Below are positions 49,857-60,551 of a stretch of 64,000 nt of DNA, piece by piece. The translations under genes and the position numbers were made by a program. The notes under the pieces are model-generated. The model saw nothing but the letters and a program-made list of their open reading frames with translations, did no database searches and was not told the DNA's origin. The DNA is from Alphaproteobacteria bacterium (GTDB lineage Bacteria > Pseudomonadota > Alphaproteobacteria > UBA2966): contig OZ219856.1 in assembly GCA_964291395.2 (NCBI GenBank), positions 416,001-480,000 of the forward strand, written 5' to 3'. The stretch's first letter is position 1, and each line of letters starts with the position of its first letter.

Positions 49857-52193
49857 TCAGCTTCGGGCCTTCGCTTCTCCGATGAGTTCGATAAGACGCG
49901 GCGGGCTGACGGGCGCTTCTCGAATGCGCACGTCGAAAGGCGTCAGCGCGTTTTCGATCGCGGATATCACGGCCGCGACGGCGGGGATGACGCCGGCTTC
50001 CCCCACGCCCTTGACGCCCAGGGGATTGACTGTCGAGGGCGTCTCGTGATGGATGATCTCGACGTTCGGCACGACGGGAGCCGTGGGCAGGAGGTACTCC
50101 GCGAACGTCGTGGTCACGGGCTGTCCGGTGTCGTCGTAGCCCATCCACTCGAACAGCGCGTTCCCGATGCCGTGCGCGACACCGCCAATGATCTGTCCCT
50201 CGACGATCATCGGGTTGATCAGGCGGCCGGAGTCGTTGACCACGAGGTAACGGGTGATCCGGACTCCGCCGGTGCCGATATCCACATCGACCTCGACGAC
50301 ATGCACGCTGTTGCCGTAGGTGAGGCCCGTGGGCAGGAAGTTGACGGTGGCTTCCAATCCCGGAGGCATGTCCTTCGGCCGCGCGTAGCCTGCGGCGCCG
50401 GACAGAGCCCTGGCGACGTCGGCCAACGACACCGAAAGGTCCGGGACGCCTGCGACGGAAATCTCGCCGTTCGTCAGCTCGAGATCCTGATCTGAAACCT
50501 CCAGCATGTGAGCCGCCGTTTTCAGCGCCTTCTCGCGCACTTCGATGGACGCCAGATGTATGGACGAACCGGCCGTGACGGTCTGGCGGCTGCCGAACCC
50601 GCCGATGCCCATCGGAACGGTGCCGGTGTCCCCCGCGATTACTTTGATGTCCTCGGGCTCCACCCCCAGTTGATCGGCGCAGATCTGCGCGTACGAGGTC
50701 TTGATGCCTTGCCCCATCGGCATCGCACCGGTGTGGACCGTGATCCGGCCGGACGGGCCGATGCGAACGATTCCCGTCTCGAAGGGGCCGCGGCCGGTGA
50801 TCTTCGTGCAGTTTGCGACGCCCACCCCGATGTAGCGGCCTTGGTCGCGGGCCGCTGCCTGCCTCTCCGCGAACCGGTCGTAGTCCGAGCCCTTCAGCGC
50901 CTTCTCCAGGCAGCTCGGGAAATCACCGCTTTCATAGTGCGTGGTAGAGCCGTCCCGTGCCTTCAAGGGCAATTCGTAGGGAATGCTGTCGGCGGGAATG
51001 AGGTTTCGGCGGCGGATTTCGGCACGATCGACGTCGAGTTCCTCGGCGATGGCATCCATCGCCCGTTCCATGGTGAATGTGCCTTCGGGGTAACCGGCGC
51101 CTCGAACGGGAATGGTGCCGACACGGTTGGTCGCTGCGATCGTCACGTCGAGCTGGTAGTTGGGCAGCAGATACGGTCCGGGAACGGCGATGGACGCGTT
51201 GTGGGGAACGTTGAAGCCGAGCAGCGTGTAAGCGCCCTGGTCGTGAATCATGGAACCGCGTAAGCCGAGCAGGCGGCCTTCCGCGTCCGTGGCCACTTCG
51301 ACATCCCAATATTGGTCGCGTTCCTGGATGGCGGCGAGAAAATGCTCGCGACGGTCTTCGATCCATTTGACGGGGCGCTTACACAGAAGCGCGGCTCCAG
51401 CCACGACGACCTCTTCCGGATAGACGACGTGCTTGGATCCGAATCCGCCTCCGACGTCCGGCGTTATGGTGCGTACCAGAGTTTCATCGAGGCCGTAGAT
51501 GTCCACGAGCGTGTTGCGCACGCGATGCGCGCCTTGTGTCGACGACCAGACCGTCAATCCCCCGGTGGAGGAGTCGAACTGGGCGACGATCCCCCGTCCC
51601 TCGAGGGGGTGTCCGCTGCCGCGATGCTGCTTGAGCGAAAGCGCGAGAACGTGGGCGGCAGCTGCGAAGGCAGGTCGGCAGTCGCCGTATTCCGTGCGAA
51701 ACCTCGCCACGACGTTGTCCGGAGCGTCCCGGTGGACTCGGGGGGCGTCGGGCGCCAATGCGTCTCTGCAGTCCGAGACCGAAGGAAGAACTTCGTACGT
51801 CACATCGATCAGAGCAACCGCATCCTCCGCGACATAGCGAGAGTCCGCGAGCACGATCGCCACGATTTCGCCGACGTAGCAGACTTCTTCCTCCGCCAAT
51901 ACGATGGCCTTCGTGGACTCGGCGAATTTCAGCGTCGGGTTGTCCGGCGGGATCAGATTCTTGGTCAGAAGTGGCGCAAGGTCCGCATAACTGAACACGG
52001 CATGGACGCCGCGCAGGTTTCGGGCTGCGGTCGAATCGACGGAGCGTATCAGCGCGTGCGGATGCGGACTCCGCACGAAGGCGGCCTCCACCGTCCCGGG
52101 CAACTCGATATCGTCCGCGAACCGGGCCGTGCCGGTGAGCAGGGCCGCGTCCTCGAGGCGACGTGTGGGCGAGCCGATGAAATCCCCTGTCAC
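49857..52193 (-). CDS. xanthine dehydrogenase-family molybdenum hydroxylase, large subunit (CoxL-like)
   Basis: VGGGFGSK, PVRGAG.PE, GQG, GSR and GVKGVGE motifs. Confidence 0.9.
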   Translation of the reverse strand: MTGDFIGSPTRRLEDAALLTGTARFADDIELPGTVEAAFVRSPHPHALIRSVDSTAARNLRGVHAVFSYADLAPLLTKNLIPPDNPTLKFAESTKAIVLAEEEVCYVGEIVAIVLADSRYVAEDAVALIDVTYEVLPSVSDCRDALAPDAPRVHRDAPDNVVARFRTEYGDCRPAFAAAAHVLALSLKQHRGSGHPLEGRGIVAQFDSSTGGLTVWSSTQGAHRVRNTLVDIYGLDETLVRTITPDVGGGFGSKHVVYPEEVVVAGAALLCKRPVKWIEDRREHFLAAIQERDQYWDVEVATDAEGRLLGLRGSMIHDQGAYTLLGFNVPHNASIAVPGPYLLPNYQLDVTIAATNRVGTIPVRGAGYPEGTFTMERAMDAIAEELDVDRAEIRRRNLIPADSIPYELPLKARDGSTTHYESGDFPSCLEKALKGSDYDRFAERQAAARDQGRYIGVGVANCTKITGRGPFETGIVRIGPSGRITVHTGAMPMGQGIKTSYAQICADQLGVEPEDIKVIAGDTGTVPMGIGGFGSRQTVTAGSSIHLASIEVREKALKTAAHMLEVSDQDLELTNGEISVAGVPDLSVSLADVARALSGAAGYARPKDMPPGLEATVNFLPTGLTYGNSVHVVEVDVDIGTGGVRITRYLVVNDSGRLINPMIVEGQIIGGVAHGIGNALFEWMGYDDTGQPVTTTFAEYLLPTAPVVPNVEIIHHETPSTVNPLGVKGVGEAGVIPAVAAVISAIENALTPFDVRIREAPVSPPRLIELIGEAKARS

Positions 52194-52708
52194 GGCGAGA
52201 TGGCCCCATTTCGGGCGCGGAGTCGGCCCGCCGCGTCGAGCACCGCCCTCACGATCCCTTGATAGCCCGTGCAGCGGCAGATGTTGCCCGAAAGCGCCTC
52301 GCGAACCTCATCCTCGGCGGGGTCCGGATTCTCTCCCAGGAACTCGACCATCGAGGTGAGAATACCCGCGGTGCAGAAACCGCACTGCAGCGCATGGTGT
52401 TCATGAAAAGCCTGCTGCAGGGGATGCCATTCCCCGTCGCGGGAGGCGATTCCCTCGACGGTCGTGATCTCGGCGTCATTCGCCTGCACGGCGAGCATCA
52501 GGCAACTACGCGCGCTGCGACCATCGACCAGCACCGTGCAGGCGCCGCAGACGCCGTGTTCGCATCCGAGATGAGTGCCGGTCTTTCCGAGCTTGTGCCG
52601 CAGGCAATCCGCGAGGGTCATCCGCGTTTCGACGTCGATCTCGCGGCGTTCGCCGTTCACCACCAGGACGACGGACCTCGTCTCCGGAAGTTCGTGGCTG
52701 TCAGTCAT
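52190..52708 (-). CDS. Mo hydroxylase [2Fe-2S] small subunit
   Basis: GCEHGVCGACT, QCGFCT and NICRCTGY motifs. Confidence 0.9.
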   Translation of the reverse strand: MTDSHELPETRSVVLVVNGERREIDVETRMTLADCLRHKLGKTGTHLGCEHGVCGACTVLVDGRSARSCLMLAVQANDAEITTVEGIASRDGEWHPLQQAFHEHHALQCGFCTAGILTSMVEFLGENPDPAEDEVREALSGNICRCTGYQGIVRAVLDAAGRLRARNGAISP

Positions 52709-53580
52709 GCCGACGAGCCTGCCCCGGGCTCTGCCAGGGCCGAGCGGAGAGCGCGCGACGTCAACTCCACCGCCAGGTGCCGTCGGTACGAAGGCGACGC
52801 GTGGACGTCTTCCATCGCCTCGAGGTCCGCGCATGTCAGGGCCGCCGAGCGGATGCCGTCGGGATCAGGCGCGCGGCCGGTCAGCTGTTCTTCCGCGGCC
52901 GTACAGCGCACCGGTGCCGGGCCGACGCCTGCCAGCACGATGCCCGCACGGCTGAGGGTTCCGTCGGTTCCGAACTCCAACAGGGCCGCTACGCCGACGA
53001 TCGCGAAATCGCCGGGACGGCGGGCAAACTCGACGAACGCCGACTTGTGTCCGGCGGGCCAGGGGGTGAAGCTCACGGCGCTGACGATTTCGTCGTGTCC
53101 GATGGCCGGTGTCATGTAGAACGCGGGGAAGCCGGTCATCGGGATGTCGCGCGCGCCTTCGGGACCGACTACGTGAACGGTCGCATCGAGGGCGGCGAGG
53201 ACGGCGGGCAGTTCGGCCGCGGGGTCGAGGTGGCAGAGGCTGCCGCCGATGGTGCCACGGTTTCGGGTTTGCGGGTGTCCGACCTGCAGCAGGGCCTTCC
53301 GCATCAAGGGGCAATGCCGGTGGAGGAGGTCGGAGCGCTCGATGTCCCGTTGGCGCGTCATGGCGCCGATCACCAGCCGGCCGCCGGCTTCGCCGATATG
53401 CGACAAGTCCGGTATCCGGTTGAGATCGATGACGTGGTCGGGCAGCACGTAGCGCATGTTCAGCATGGGCATCAGGGATTGCCCGCCCGCCAGGAACTTT
53501 GCGTTGTCGAGCGAGGCGCCAAGGGCGACCGCCTCCTCGAGGGTACCGGGGTCGTGATAGCGAAAGGGCGGCGGTTTCAC
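52705..53580 (-). CDS. Mo hydroxylase FAD-binding medium subunit
   Basis: KPPPF.Y, AGGQSL and RNRGTIGGS..H.DP motifs. Confidence 0.9.
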   Translation of the reverse strand: MKPPPFRYHDPGTLEEAVALGASLDNAKFLAGGQSLMPMLNMRYVLPDHVIDLNRIPDLSHIGEAGGRLVIGAMTRQRDIERSDLLHRHCPLMRKALLQVGHPQTRNRGTIGGSLCHLDPAAELPAVLAALDATVHVVGPEGARDIPMTGFPAFYMTPAIGHDEIVSAVSFTPWPAGHKSAFVEFARRPGDFAIVGVAALLEFGTDGTLSRAGIVLAGVGPAPVRCTAAEEQLTGRAPDPDGIRSAALTCADLEAMEDVHASPSYRRHLAVELTSRALRSALAEPGAGSSA

Positions 53581-55184
53581 GGCCCGGGGCGGTCCCACGG
53601 GTCCAGCCGCGCGGCGTGGCGCGCCGCCGTCCAGCCGCCGACGAAACATTCGGCCATGTTGCCGCCGCCGAGGTACAGGTGTCCGAACACGCCGCCGAGT
53701 TCCCCGGCCGCGTAGAGGCGCGGAATGGGCTCGTCGAACGCGTTCAGGACTTGTTGATGCACGTTGTGCACCGGTCCGCCGTGCGTGTTGGAGCAGACCG
53801 GCCAGACTTCCGCGCAATAGAACGGGGGCGTCTCGATCTTCATCATCGAGGGCGGCGGCCGGCCGAAATCGTCGTCGTGCCCGACATCGCACATCGCGTT
53901 CCAGCGCTCGATCGTTTCGCTCAGGACCCGCTCCTCGAGGCCCATGTGCGACGCCAGCTCCGACAGGCTGTCCGCCTTGGTGACGATACGATCTTCCAGC
54001 GCGCGCAAGGAGTCTTCGCTGTACTCGAACGAGAAACGCCGATCGTTGAACGTCGGCGAGCACAGGGGCCACGTCCGGCGGGCGGGATCGTCCAGGACGG
54101 CATAGGAGGGTATGCGCGGATAGCTCTGCGTGTGCGTGTCGTACAGGGACATGGGCCGTGCCGAGGTGTCCTGCATGTAGGGCGGATACTCGTTCATGTA
54201 TCGGCGCCCCTGCCGATCGACGACGATCCACGGCATTTTCACATCGTTGCGGGGCGGCTTTCCCGGAACCCAATCAGGCAGACGCTTGGGCCTGAGGCCA
54301 TAGGGATAGTCCGGATCCGGATGCCGGAATCCATAAACTCCGTGGTAGTTCCACATGTGCCACAACGCCGCGCCGGCGTCCTGGGCCATGCGGATGCCAT
54401 CGCCCGTGCTGCCGCGGAAGGCCGCCAACAACACCGGTTGTTCCGGCCAGTGCTGCAACTGCAGGTCGGGGTCGGCTTCGAATCCGCCACAGGCGAGGAC
54501 GACCCCCTTCCGGGCCTTGATGTCCTTGGCGCCATCTCTCGTATCCACGGTCAGACCGCGGACTTCGCCCGTCGGACCCGTGATCAGGCGCTTGGCCGCC
54601 GACTCCAGCCAGACCGTCACGTCCCGCTGCGCAATGTTGTCCTCCAGGACCTTGAACAGACGGGCGCCGGCGGCGCGGTGAATCGGAACGTAGCTGTTGA
54701 CGTGCGGGTATCGGGCCGCGGCGTCATAGTCGGGGACGCTGGCGATGCTGGCGTAGCCGAAGGTCTCGGCGCCCGGAAACGGATAGTTGCCCGGATTGGC
54801 GCGATACCCAACCTCGGCGCCGCTGGCCTCGGCAAGCCATTCGAAATAGCCGACGACTTCCGTCATGCCGACGGCCAGGGCCTTCAGGACATCGTCGGGC
54901 GTCGTGCCGGCGCAGGTTTCCTTGAGATACGCGAACGCCTCATCGGCATTCTCCGCGGCACGCACGTTGCCGCCCGAGCAAATCGAAATGCCCCCGGGGT
55001 CCGACATCTTTTCCAGAAGAAGAACCGAGCAGCCGGCTTCGCTCGCCTCAATGGCCGCAACACCGCCAGCGTACCCGTAGCCAACAACAACTATGTCAAA
55101 ACACCCGTCCCAGGACCGGGTGCCTGCCTGGTCACCTGCCACGTTTTCTCTCGGTTTCCTTGGCGAGGGATCGATCCCGCCCAA
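53577..55184 (-). CDS. FAD_binding_2 flavoprotein (fumarate reductase/ketosteroid dehydrogenase-like); start uncertain
   Basis: VVGYGYAG, LACGGF, TGDGI.MA, THGG and LYAAGE motifs. Confidence 0.85.
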   Translation of the reverse strand: MGGIDPSPRKPRENVAGDQAGTRSWDGCFDIVVVGYGYAGGVAAIEASEAGCSVLLLEKMSDPGGISICSGGNVRAAENADEAFAYLKETCAGTTPDDVLKALAVGMTEVVGYFEWLAEASGAEVGYRANPGNYPFPGAETFGYASIASVPDYDAAARYPHVNSYVPIHRAAGARLFKVLEDNIAQRDVTVWLESAAKRLITGPTGEVRGLTVDTRDGAKDIKARKGVVLACGGFEADPDLQLQHWPEQPVLLAAFRGSTGDGIRMAQDAGAALWHMWNYHGVYGFRHPDPDYPYGLRPKRLPDWVPGKPPRNDVKMPWIVVDRQGRRYMNEYPPYMQDTSARPMSLYDTHTQSYPRIPSYAVLDDPARRTWPLCSPTFNDRRFSFEYSEDSLRALEDRIVTKADSLSELASHMGLEERVLSETIERWNAMCDVGHDDDFGRPPPSMMKIETPPFYCAEVWPVCSNTHGGPVHNVHQQVLNAFDEPIPRLYAAGELGGVFGHLYLGGGNMAECFVGGWTAARHAARLDPWDRPGP

Positions 55185-55411
55185 ATCTGTCGTGCTTCCT
55201 TTTCGCCAATAAAGGGGCTGCCCGGGGCATTGTCAAGCTATCGGGGGGAGCCCTGTCGCCAGCACATGATTTGTCCGGTCAGGTGTCTCGGTGAGGAGGC
55301 AGCGGGATGAACCGCAGGGAGCGGTGGACGCGACCGGCGCTTTATTTTCTCTGCACCGATAGTAAGATTGTCCGCCACATCGTCCAGCGCTGCCGCCGGA
55401 TTCGCAGGGCC

Positions 55412-56269
55412 ATGCCGAAGTATCAAAAATTGGAAGTGACACCCTGTTCGGGCGCGTTGGGCGCAGAAATATCCGGCGTCGACCTGTCGTGTGAACTTTC
55501 CGATGACACCTTCGAAGAGATCCGTCGCGCGTTCCTCGAATATCAGGTGATCTTCTTCCGCGGTCAGAACCTGACGCCCGGACAGCACAAGGCTTTCAGC
55601 GCACGCTTCGGCCCACTGATCGCGCATCCATATCTGGAAGGCGTCAAGGGGCATCCTGAAATCATGCTCGTCAAGAAGGAGAAGCACGAGCTCCACAACT
55701 TCGCCAACGCCTGGCACACGGACTCGAGCTACCACGCCACTCCGTCCCTCGGCTCGGTGCTCTATGCGATAGACGTGCCGGAAACGGGTGGCGATACCCT
55801 GTTCACCAACATGTACCTCGCCTACGAGACATTGTCGGAGGGGATGCGGAGGCTTCTCGAATCGTTGAGCGCACGGCACAGCTTCCATGGAAGCCAAGGA
55901 CTTAGAGGGTACGGCCGCGAGCAGGATCTCAAGTACGCGCCGAGCAATCTGGAAGACGATCCTTCGATTCATGAAGCCGTGACCCACCCGGTGGTGCGCA
56001 CGCACCCGGAAACCGGCCGGAAGGCGCTTTACGTCAACGGCATGTTCACGATCGGTTTCGAGGGCCTGACCGAGGAAGAAAGCGCGCCCCTGCTGCAGTT
56101 TCTCTACCGTCACGCGACCACGCCCGAGTTCACCTGCCGCTTTCGGTGGCAGCAGGGATCCCTCGCCTTTTGGGACAACCGGTGCACCATGCACTATCCC
56201 GTGAATGACTATCCCGGGAAGTTCCGGCTGATGCACCGCACCACCATCCGCGGCGAGCGGCCCCGTTGA
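55412..56269 (+). CDS. TauD/TfdA family dioxygenase
   Basis: WHTD, GGDT.F, HPVVRTHPETG and WDNR.T.H motifs. Confidence 0.9.
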   Translation: MPKYQKLEVTPCSGALGAEISGVDLSCELSDDTFEEIRRAFLEYQVIFFRGQNLTPGQHKAFSARFGPLIAHPYLEGVKGHPEIMLVKKEKHELHNFANAWHTDSSYHATPSLGSVLYAIDVPETGGDTLFTNMYLAYETLSEGMRRLLESLSARHSFHGSQGLRGYGREQDLKYAPSNLEDDPSIHEAVTHPVVRTHPETGRKALYVNGMFTIGFEGLTEEESAPLLQFLYRHATTPEFTCRFRWQQGSLAFWDNRCTMHYPVNDYPGKFRLMHRTTIRGERPR

Positions 56270-56513
56270 GGGGCTTTCACGGTCTCCCGAGCGCCGACGC
56301 ATGCTCGCGGTCCGCTGCATGGGTCGCGGTTTGCAATCGGGTCAACCCGGAGGATAAGCTGACGACGAGTCGCGGGCGCACCACTCCACATACCAGAACA
56401 CGAAGGTGCCCAGCCGATCGCCGCGATTTGGTGCATCGGTTTTTTTACCGGTACGCGTAAGGACACGAACTCGTCCGAGACTGAGCAACATCAATCGACG
56501 GGAGGGAGAAGCG

Positions 56514-57509
56514 ATGGGAATCCCGAGCCAAAAAAGAAGCACAGCCGAATGGCTGCGAGCGGCGCTGGTGGGCGTCATGGCCTTTGCGGTGGGAAGCTGG
56601 GCCACGGGCGCGACCGCCCAGGAGAAACTTACGATCTTGTCCGGCTACGACATCCAGTTCATGCATGGCTATATCGCCGACAAGGAGGGCCTGTTCAAGG
56701 AGGAAGGCCTGGACGTCACCGTGAAATACTCGGTATCGGGCAAGGTCGCGGTGGATGGAGTCGTCGCCGGCGCCGGGGTGTTGGGAATCAGCGGGTCGCT
56801 GGTATCGGTGACCGCGGCGACGCAGGCACCGATCTACGTGGTCGCCCCTCTCGCGCGAAGCGAGCATCTGATGGAGATGGTGGCCCTTTCGGGAATCGAT
56901 GAAGCGGCCGACCTCAAAGGAAAGCGCATCGCATTTCAGTTCGGCACCGAGGGGCACAAATTCGTGCTTCTCTATCTGCAGAAGAACGGACTGTCGGTCG
57001 ACGACGTGACTCTCATGAACATTCCGGCCCAGGCCCTGCCGCCGGCTTTGTCCCGCGGCGATGTGGATGTGGTCGCCGTCTGGCCGCCGCACTCCACCAA
57101 GGCTTTGGAGGCGACGGACGGCGCCAAGGTCCTGACGACGTCCCATGGCGTATCGGCGGTATACGGCGTGGTGATCATGCGCAAGGATTTCGTCGAGTCC
57201 AATCCCGAAGGCGCCCGCAAGCTGTTGCGCGGCCTGTTGCGGGCGGACAAGTTCATCAAGGAGAATCCGGAACGCACCCTCGAGTATTTCGCCGAGCAGG
57301 GCAAGATCGACATGGCGACGGCCAAGACGATCAACGCCAGAGCGAAACCGGAATACGGAATGGCGCTGGACAAGGCGTTCTTCGACGAAAATCAGGCGAG
57401 TGCCGACTTTCTGGCCGATCACGGGTTCACCCCGAGTCGAGCGGATGCCAACGACTTCATGCACGAAGAGCTCATGCGAGACATAGACCCGGAACTCGTG
57501 ACGTTCTAA
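56514..57509 (+). CDS. ABC transporter substrate-binding protein (SsuA/NMT1-like)
   Basis: signal peptide, GLFKEEGLDV and DLKGKRIA motifs. Confidence 0.85.
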   Translation: MGIPSQKRSTAEWLRAALVGVMAFAVGSWATGATAQEKLTILSGYDIQFMHGYIADKEGLFKEEGLDVTVKYSVSGKVAVDGVVAGAGVLGISGSLVSVTAATQAPIYVVAPLARSEHLMEMVALSGIDEAADLKGKRIAFQFGTEGHKFVLLYLQKNGLSVDDVTLMNIPAQALPPALSRGDVDVVAVWPPHSTKALEATDGAKVLTTSHGVSAVYGVVIMRKDFVESNPEGARKLLRGLLRADKFIKENPERTLEYFAEQGKIDMATAKTINARAKPEYGMALDKAFFDENQASADFLADHGFTPSRADANDFMHEELMRDIDPELVTF

Positions 57510-57739
57510 GTCCACTGATCGTGTGGGAGCTCGAGCGGCGGCGCAACAACAGGGCGGCGTCCCTCGGGCGCTGCGAGGAGTCTGGAACGGGGAGCGGTGC
57601 GCCGCTCCTCGTTCTCTCGATTTTTCGCCGACAATATCTTCATCTTCGGCAATGCGAACCCACGCGGCGACACCGGGAACGAACCGCGTGTCGCAAAGGA
57701 TCCGAATCGAGAACTCGGTTTCGATAGGTCGTTTGAACA

Positions 57740-58465
57740 GTGTCTGACCTGATTCGCCTGGAAAGCGTAAGCCACTACTACGGCAATCAATGCACGCTTC
57801 GGGAAATTGATTTCAGCGTCGCCGACGGGGAGTTCGTCTGTATCCTCGGACCGAGCGGCTGCGGGAAATCCACCCTGTTGAATATCCTGGCGGGTTTCCT
57901 CGCCCCGAGCAGCGGACAGATCGTCCTCTCGGCCAGAGAGGACGGCGTCGTGGGCCACGACATCAAGGTGGTCATGCAGAATGCTCACCTGTTTCCCTGG
58001 CTGACCGTGCACCGGAACGTGGACTTCGGCATGCGCATGCGCGGCGACGCGAGGGAAACGCGGGATGCCCGCGTCAAGGAACTTCTGCACCTGGTAGGTC
58101 TTTCCGGAGTCGAGAGCAAGTATCCGGCGCAACTCTCAGGCGGCATGCAGCAGCGGGTGGCCATCGCCCGCGCCCTGGCACCGGATCCGAGCATTCTGCT
58201 CATGGACGAGCCCTTCGGCGCCCTGGACGCGCAACTGCGGCGACGCATGCAGGCCGAGCTGGTCCAGATCCGGGCCGTCACCGGCAAGACCATCATCTTC
58301 GTGACCCACGATATCGTCGAGAGCGTGCTGCTCGCCGATCGAATCGTCGTGCTCACCACCGCCCCTGGCCAGATCAAGAAAATCGTGTCCGTCGATCTCG
58401 AGCACCCGCGCGAGCGCAATCGCGCGGTCTACGACTGGGTATTCGAATTGGAGCAATTGCTATGA
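57740..58465 (+). CDS. ABC transporter ATP-binding protein (NitT/TauT)
   Basis: GPSGCGKST, LSGGMQQR and DEPFGALD motifs. Confidence 0.92.
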   Translation: MSDLIRLESVSHYYGNQCTLREIDFSVADGEFVCILGPSGCGKSTLLNILAGFLAPSSGQIVLSAREDGVVGHDIKVVMQNAHLFPWLTVHRNVDFGMRMRGDARETRDARVKELLHLVGLSGVESKYPAQLSGGMQQRVAIARALAPDPSILLMDEPFGALDAQLRRRMQAELVQIRAVTGKTIIFVTHDIVESVLLADRIVVLTTAPGQIKKIVSVDLEHPRERNRAVYDWVFELEQLL

Positions 58466-59328
58466 GTCCTGCAACACCTGCCGACACGGGCCGTGAGTCG
58501 GAATACGTCTTGCTGGCCTCCGGGGAGGACGAATCGGCTCCGGGAAAGAAGACGGAAAGCCGTCTCGCCCACTACCTGTACGGCACGTCCACCATTCTCC
58601 TGTTCATTGCCGTGTGGTATGCGGCAGCCGAGCTGGACATGATCAACCGCACCCTGCTGCCGTCGCCGGGAGAGGTGTGGAGTGCCTTCATCAGCATGAG
58701 CGTGTCCGGTGAGCTCACCGAACACGTAGCCATCAGCATGTATCGAATCGGCTCGGGCTTCGCGTTGGGGATGGTGACCGCGATTCCGCTGGGGCTGATG
58801 ATCGCGAGGATCCGATTGGTAAGGGCGTTCCTGGAACCGATACTGGAGCTGATTCGCCCGATTCCGGCGCTCGCCTTCCTGCCCTTGGCGATTCTGTGGT
58901 TCGGGGTGGGCGAGGCGAACAAGCTCTTCATCATGTGGTTCGGCACCTTCTTCGTCATCATCGTGAGCGTCATCGAGGGCGTGTACAACTTCGACGCGGT
59001 CTACTTGAGAGTCGCGAAGAATCTCAATGCCAACCAGATGCAGATGTTCGTGCACGTGCTTCTTCCCGGTGTCGTGCCGTTCGTTCTGGAGGGGATGCGC
59101 CAGGCGGTCGCGACCGCGTTCCGAATCATCGTGTCGGCGGAGATGATCGCGGCCCAGGCGGGAATCGGGTTCCTGATCCTGAACTCGGCGCTTTTCTACC
59201 AGACCAATCGCGTGATCGTGGGCATCATCGTGCTCGGCTTTCTCGGGATGACTCTCGACAGGTTGTTGATCTACATCACTCGAAATGTGTTTCTTCGGTA
59301 CAAGCGGACCGACGAGATCACGATTTGA
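58462..59328 (+). CDS. ABC transporter permease (TauC/SsuC-like)
   Basis: LPSP, RPIP.LA..PL, AEMIAA..GIG motifs; TM segments. Confidence 0.9.
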   Translation: MSPATPADTGRESEYVLLASGEDESAPGKKTESRLAHYLYGTSTILLFIAVWYAAAELDMINRTLLPSPGEVWSAFISMSVSGELTEHVAISMYRIGSGFALGMVTAIPLGLMIARIRLVRAFLEPILELIRPIPALAFLPLAILWFGVGEANKLFIMWFGTFFVIIVSVIEGVYNFDAVYLRVAKNLNANQMQMFVHVLLPGVVPFVLEGMRQAVATAFRIIVSAEMIAAQAGIGFLILNSALFYQTNRVIVGIIVLGFLGMTLDRLLIYITRNVFLRYKRTDEITI

Positions 59329-59505
59329 GCGCACGAGCGTTCGCCTTGGCTCGAGGAACCGTCGGTTGATTGCCGTCCCATGAGCGGCGCGGGCGCATGG
59401 AGCCCTCCATGGGGCGCGCCGACGCCGCGACCAGGCGGCCTGCCCCATCATTTCTTTGCAGTTCTTCGGTGAGTCCACGTTGGGACCCACGGCGGCCTCG
59501 CAGCG

Positions 59506-60261
59506 TCAGGTATGAGGCCGCCCGTTGGCGAGCAGATCTATGTCAAGCTTGATGCAATCGCCCCGATAAACAATCTCACCGATGTAGATCGCCGTGCCCT
59601 GGTCATCCACGACCACGCAGTGCGCCTCGGCGGTCGGCGAGCTGAGCGCGATATTCAGGTGGCTGGCCGCCACGGTATCGGCGCCGCCAATGACCAGCGT
59701 CTGATGGGCCCGTGCGATGGTGATGCCCTCGAGTCTGGACAACACCGACAACGCCGCTTGCACCTGAAATGCCTGGGGCGCCAAATCATAGACATGCCTG
59801 GCCAGGTGCACTCCGACCAGGGCGTACGGTTCGTCGTCGCGTGACTGGATGCTCCGGATATACTCGTAGTCCGCGGCAGGTTCACCTTCGCCGGCGGCCA
59901 GGCGGGGGCAGGGCGTCGGTATCTCTGCCGGGATCATGCGTGGGACGTTGTCCTCTATGGTCGCGACGAGCGAGGCCCAGTCGGTCTTCAGTCTGAGCCA
60001 ACGCCTGTCCGTGATCTCCTGCGAGACGAAAGTCCCCTTGCCTTGTTGGCGCCGGACCAACCCTTCTTTCTGAAGCACATCCAGAGCCTGTCTGACGGTG
60101 ACCCTGGCTACCTGAAACTCGGCCTGGAGCTGCTCGAGGGTCGAGATCTTCTGGCCCCGCGACCAATGCGCTTCTTCTATGCGCCTGCGCAGAGTTGCCG
60201 CGACCTGGAGATAGAGCGGTATGCGGCTACGCTGGTAGGTCTTGGCGAGTTGCACGACCAT
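59506..60261 (-). CDS. GntR family (HutC/UTRA-like) transcriptional regulator
   Basis: PLY.Q, VAR.TVRQAL and QGKGTFV motifs. Confidence 0.88.
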   Translation of the reverse strand: MVVQLAKTYQRSRIPLYLQVAATLRRRIEEAHWSRGQKISTLEQLQAEFQVARVTVRQALDVLQKEGLVRRQQGKGTFVSQEITDRRWLRLKTDWASLVATIEDNVPRMIPAEIPTPCPRLAAGEGEPAADYEYIRSIQSRDDEPYALVGVHLARHVYDLAPQAFQVQAALSVLSRLEGITIARAHQTLVIGGADTVAASHLNIALSSPTAEAHCVVVDDQGTAIYIGEIVYRGDCIKLDIDLLANGRPHT

Positions 60262-60551
60262 GGGAATGTTCCGTACGTGCTACCAATCTACCCGATAAGA
60301 GCACACTCGACCGTTCTTGCCTATCATGCCGCCGACGCGGGTATTCGCCCCCGGGTGGCGTGGGGCTGTCCGATGGCCGCCGACCGCAGGGCACGAGTAT
60401 TTCCATAAGTTAGATTATTGTATGGTCTTTCCAAACTTAATACCATTGCAATTCACCAGCGGCATCTCGACCGTCGGCTGGACATTCGCCCGTTCAGACG
60501 CCAAACGGCTTTCGGAAGACCGCATTTCGAGCGAGATCAGCGGGGCATGAA

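Noticed and set aside
49857-52193. Aerobic CO dehydrogenase
   Set aside because: Lacks the AYRCSFR motif and the cox accessory genes
60400-60460. AT-rich patch between GntR and oxoprolinase as a defined operator
   Set aside because: Probably promoter DNA, but only a weak atggt/accat dyad, which is not enough to call a site
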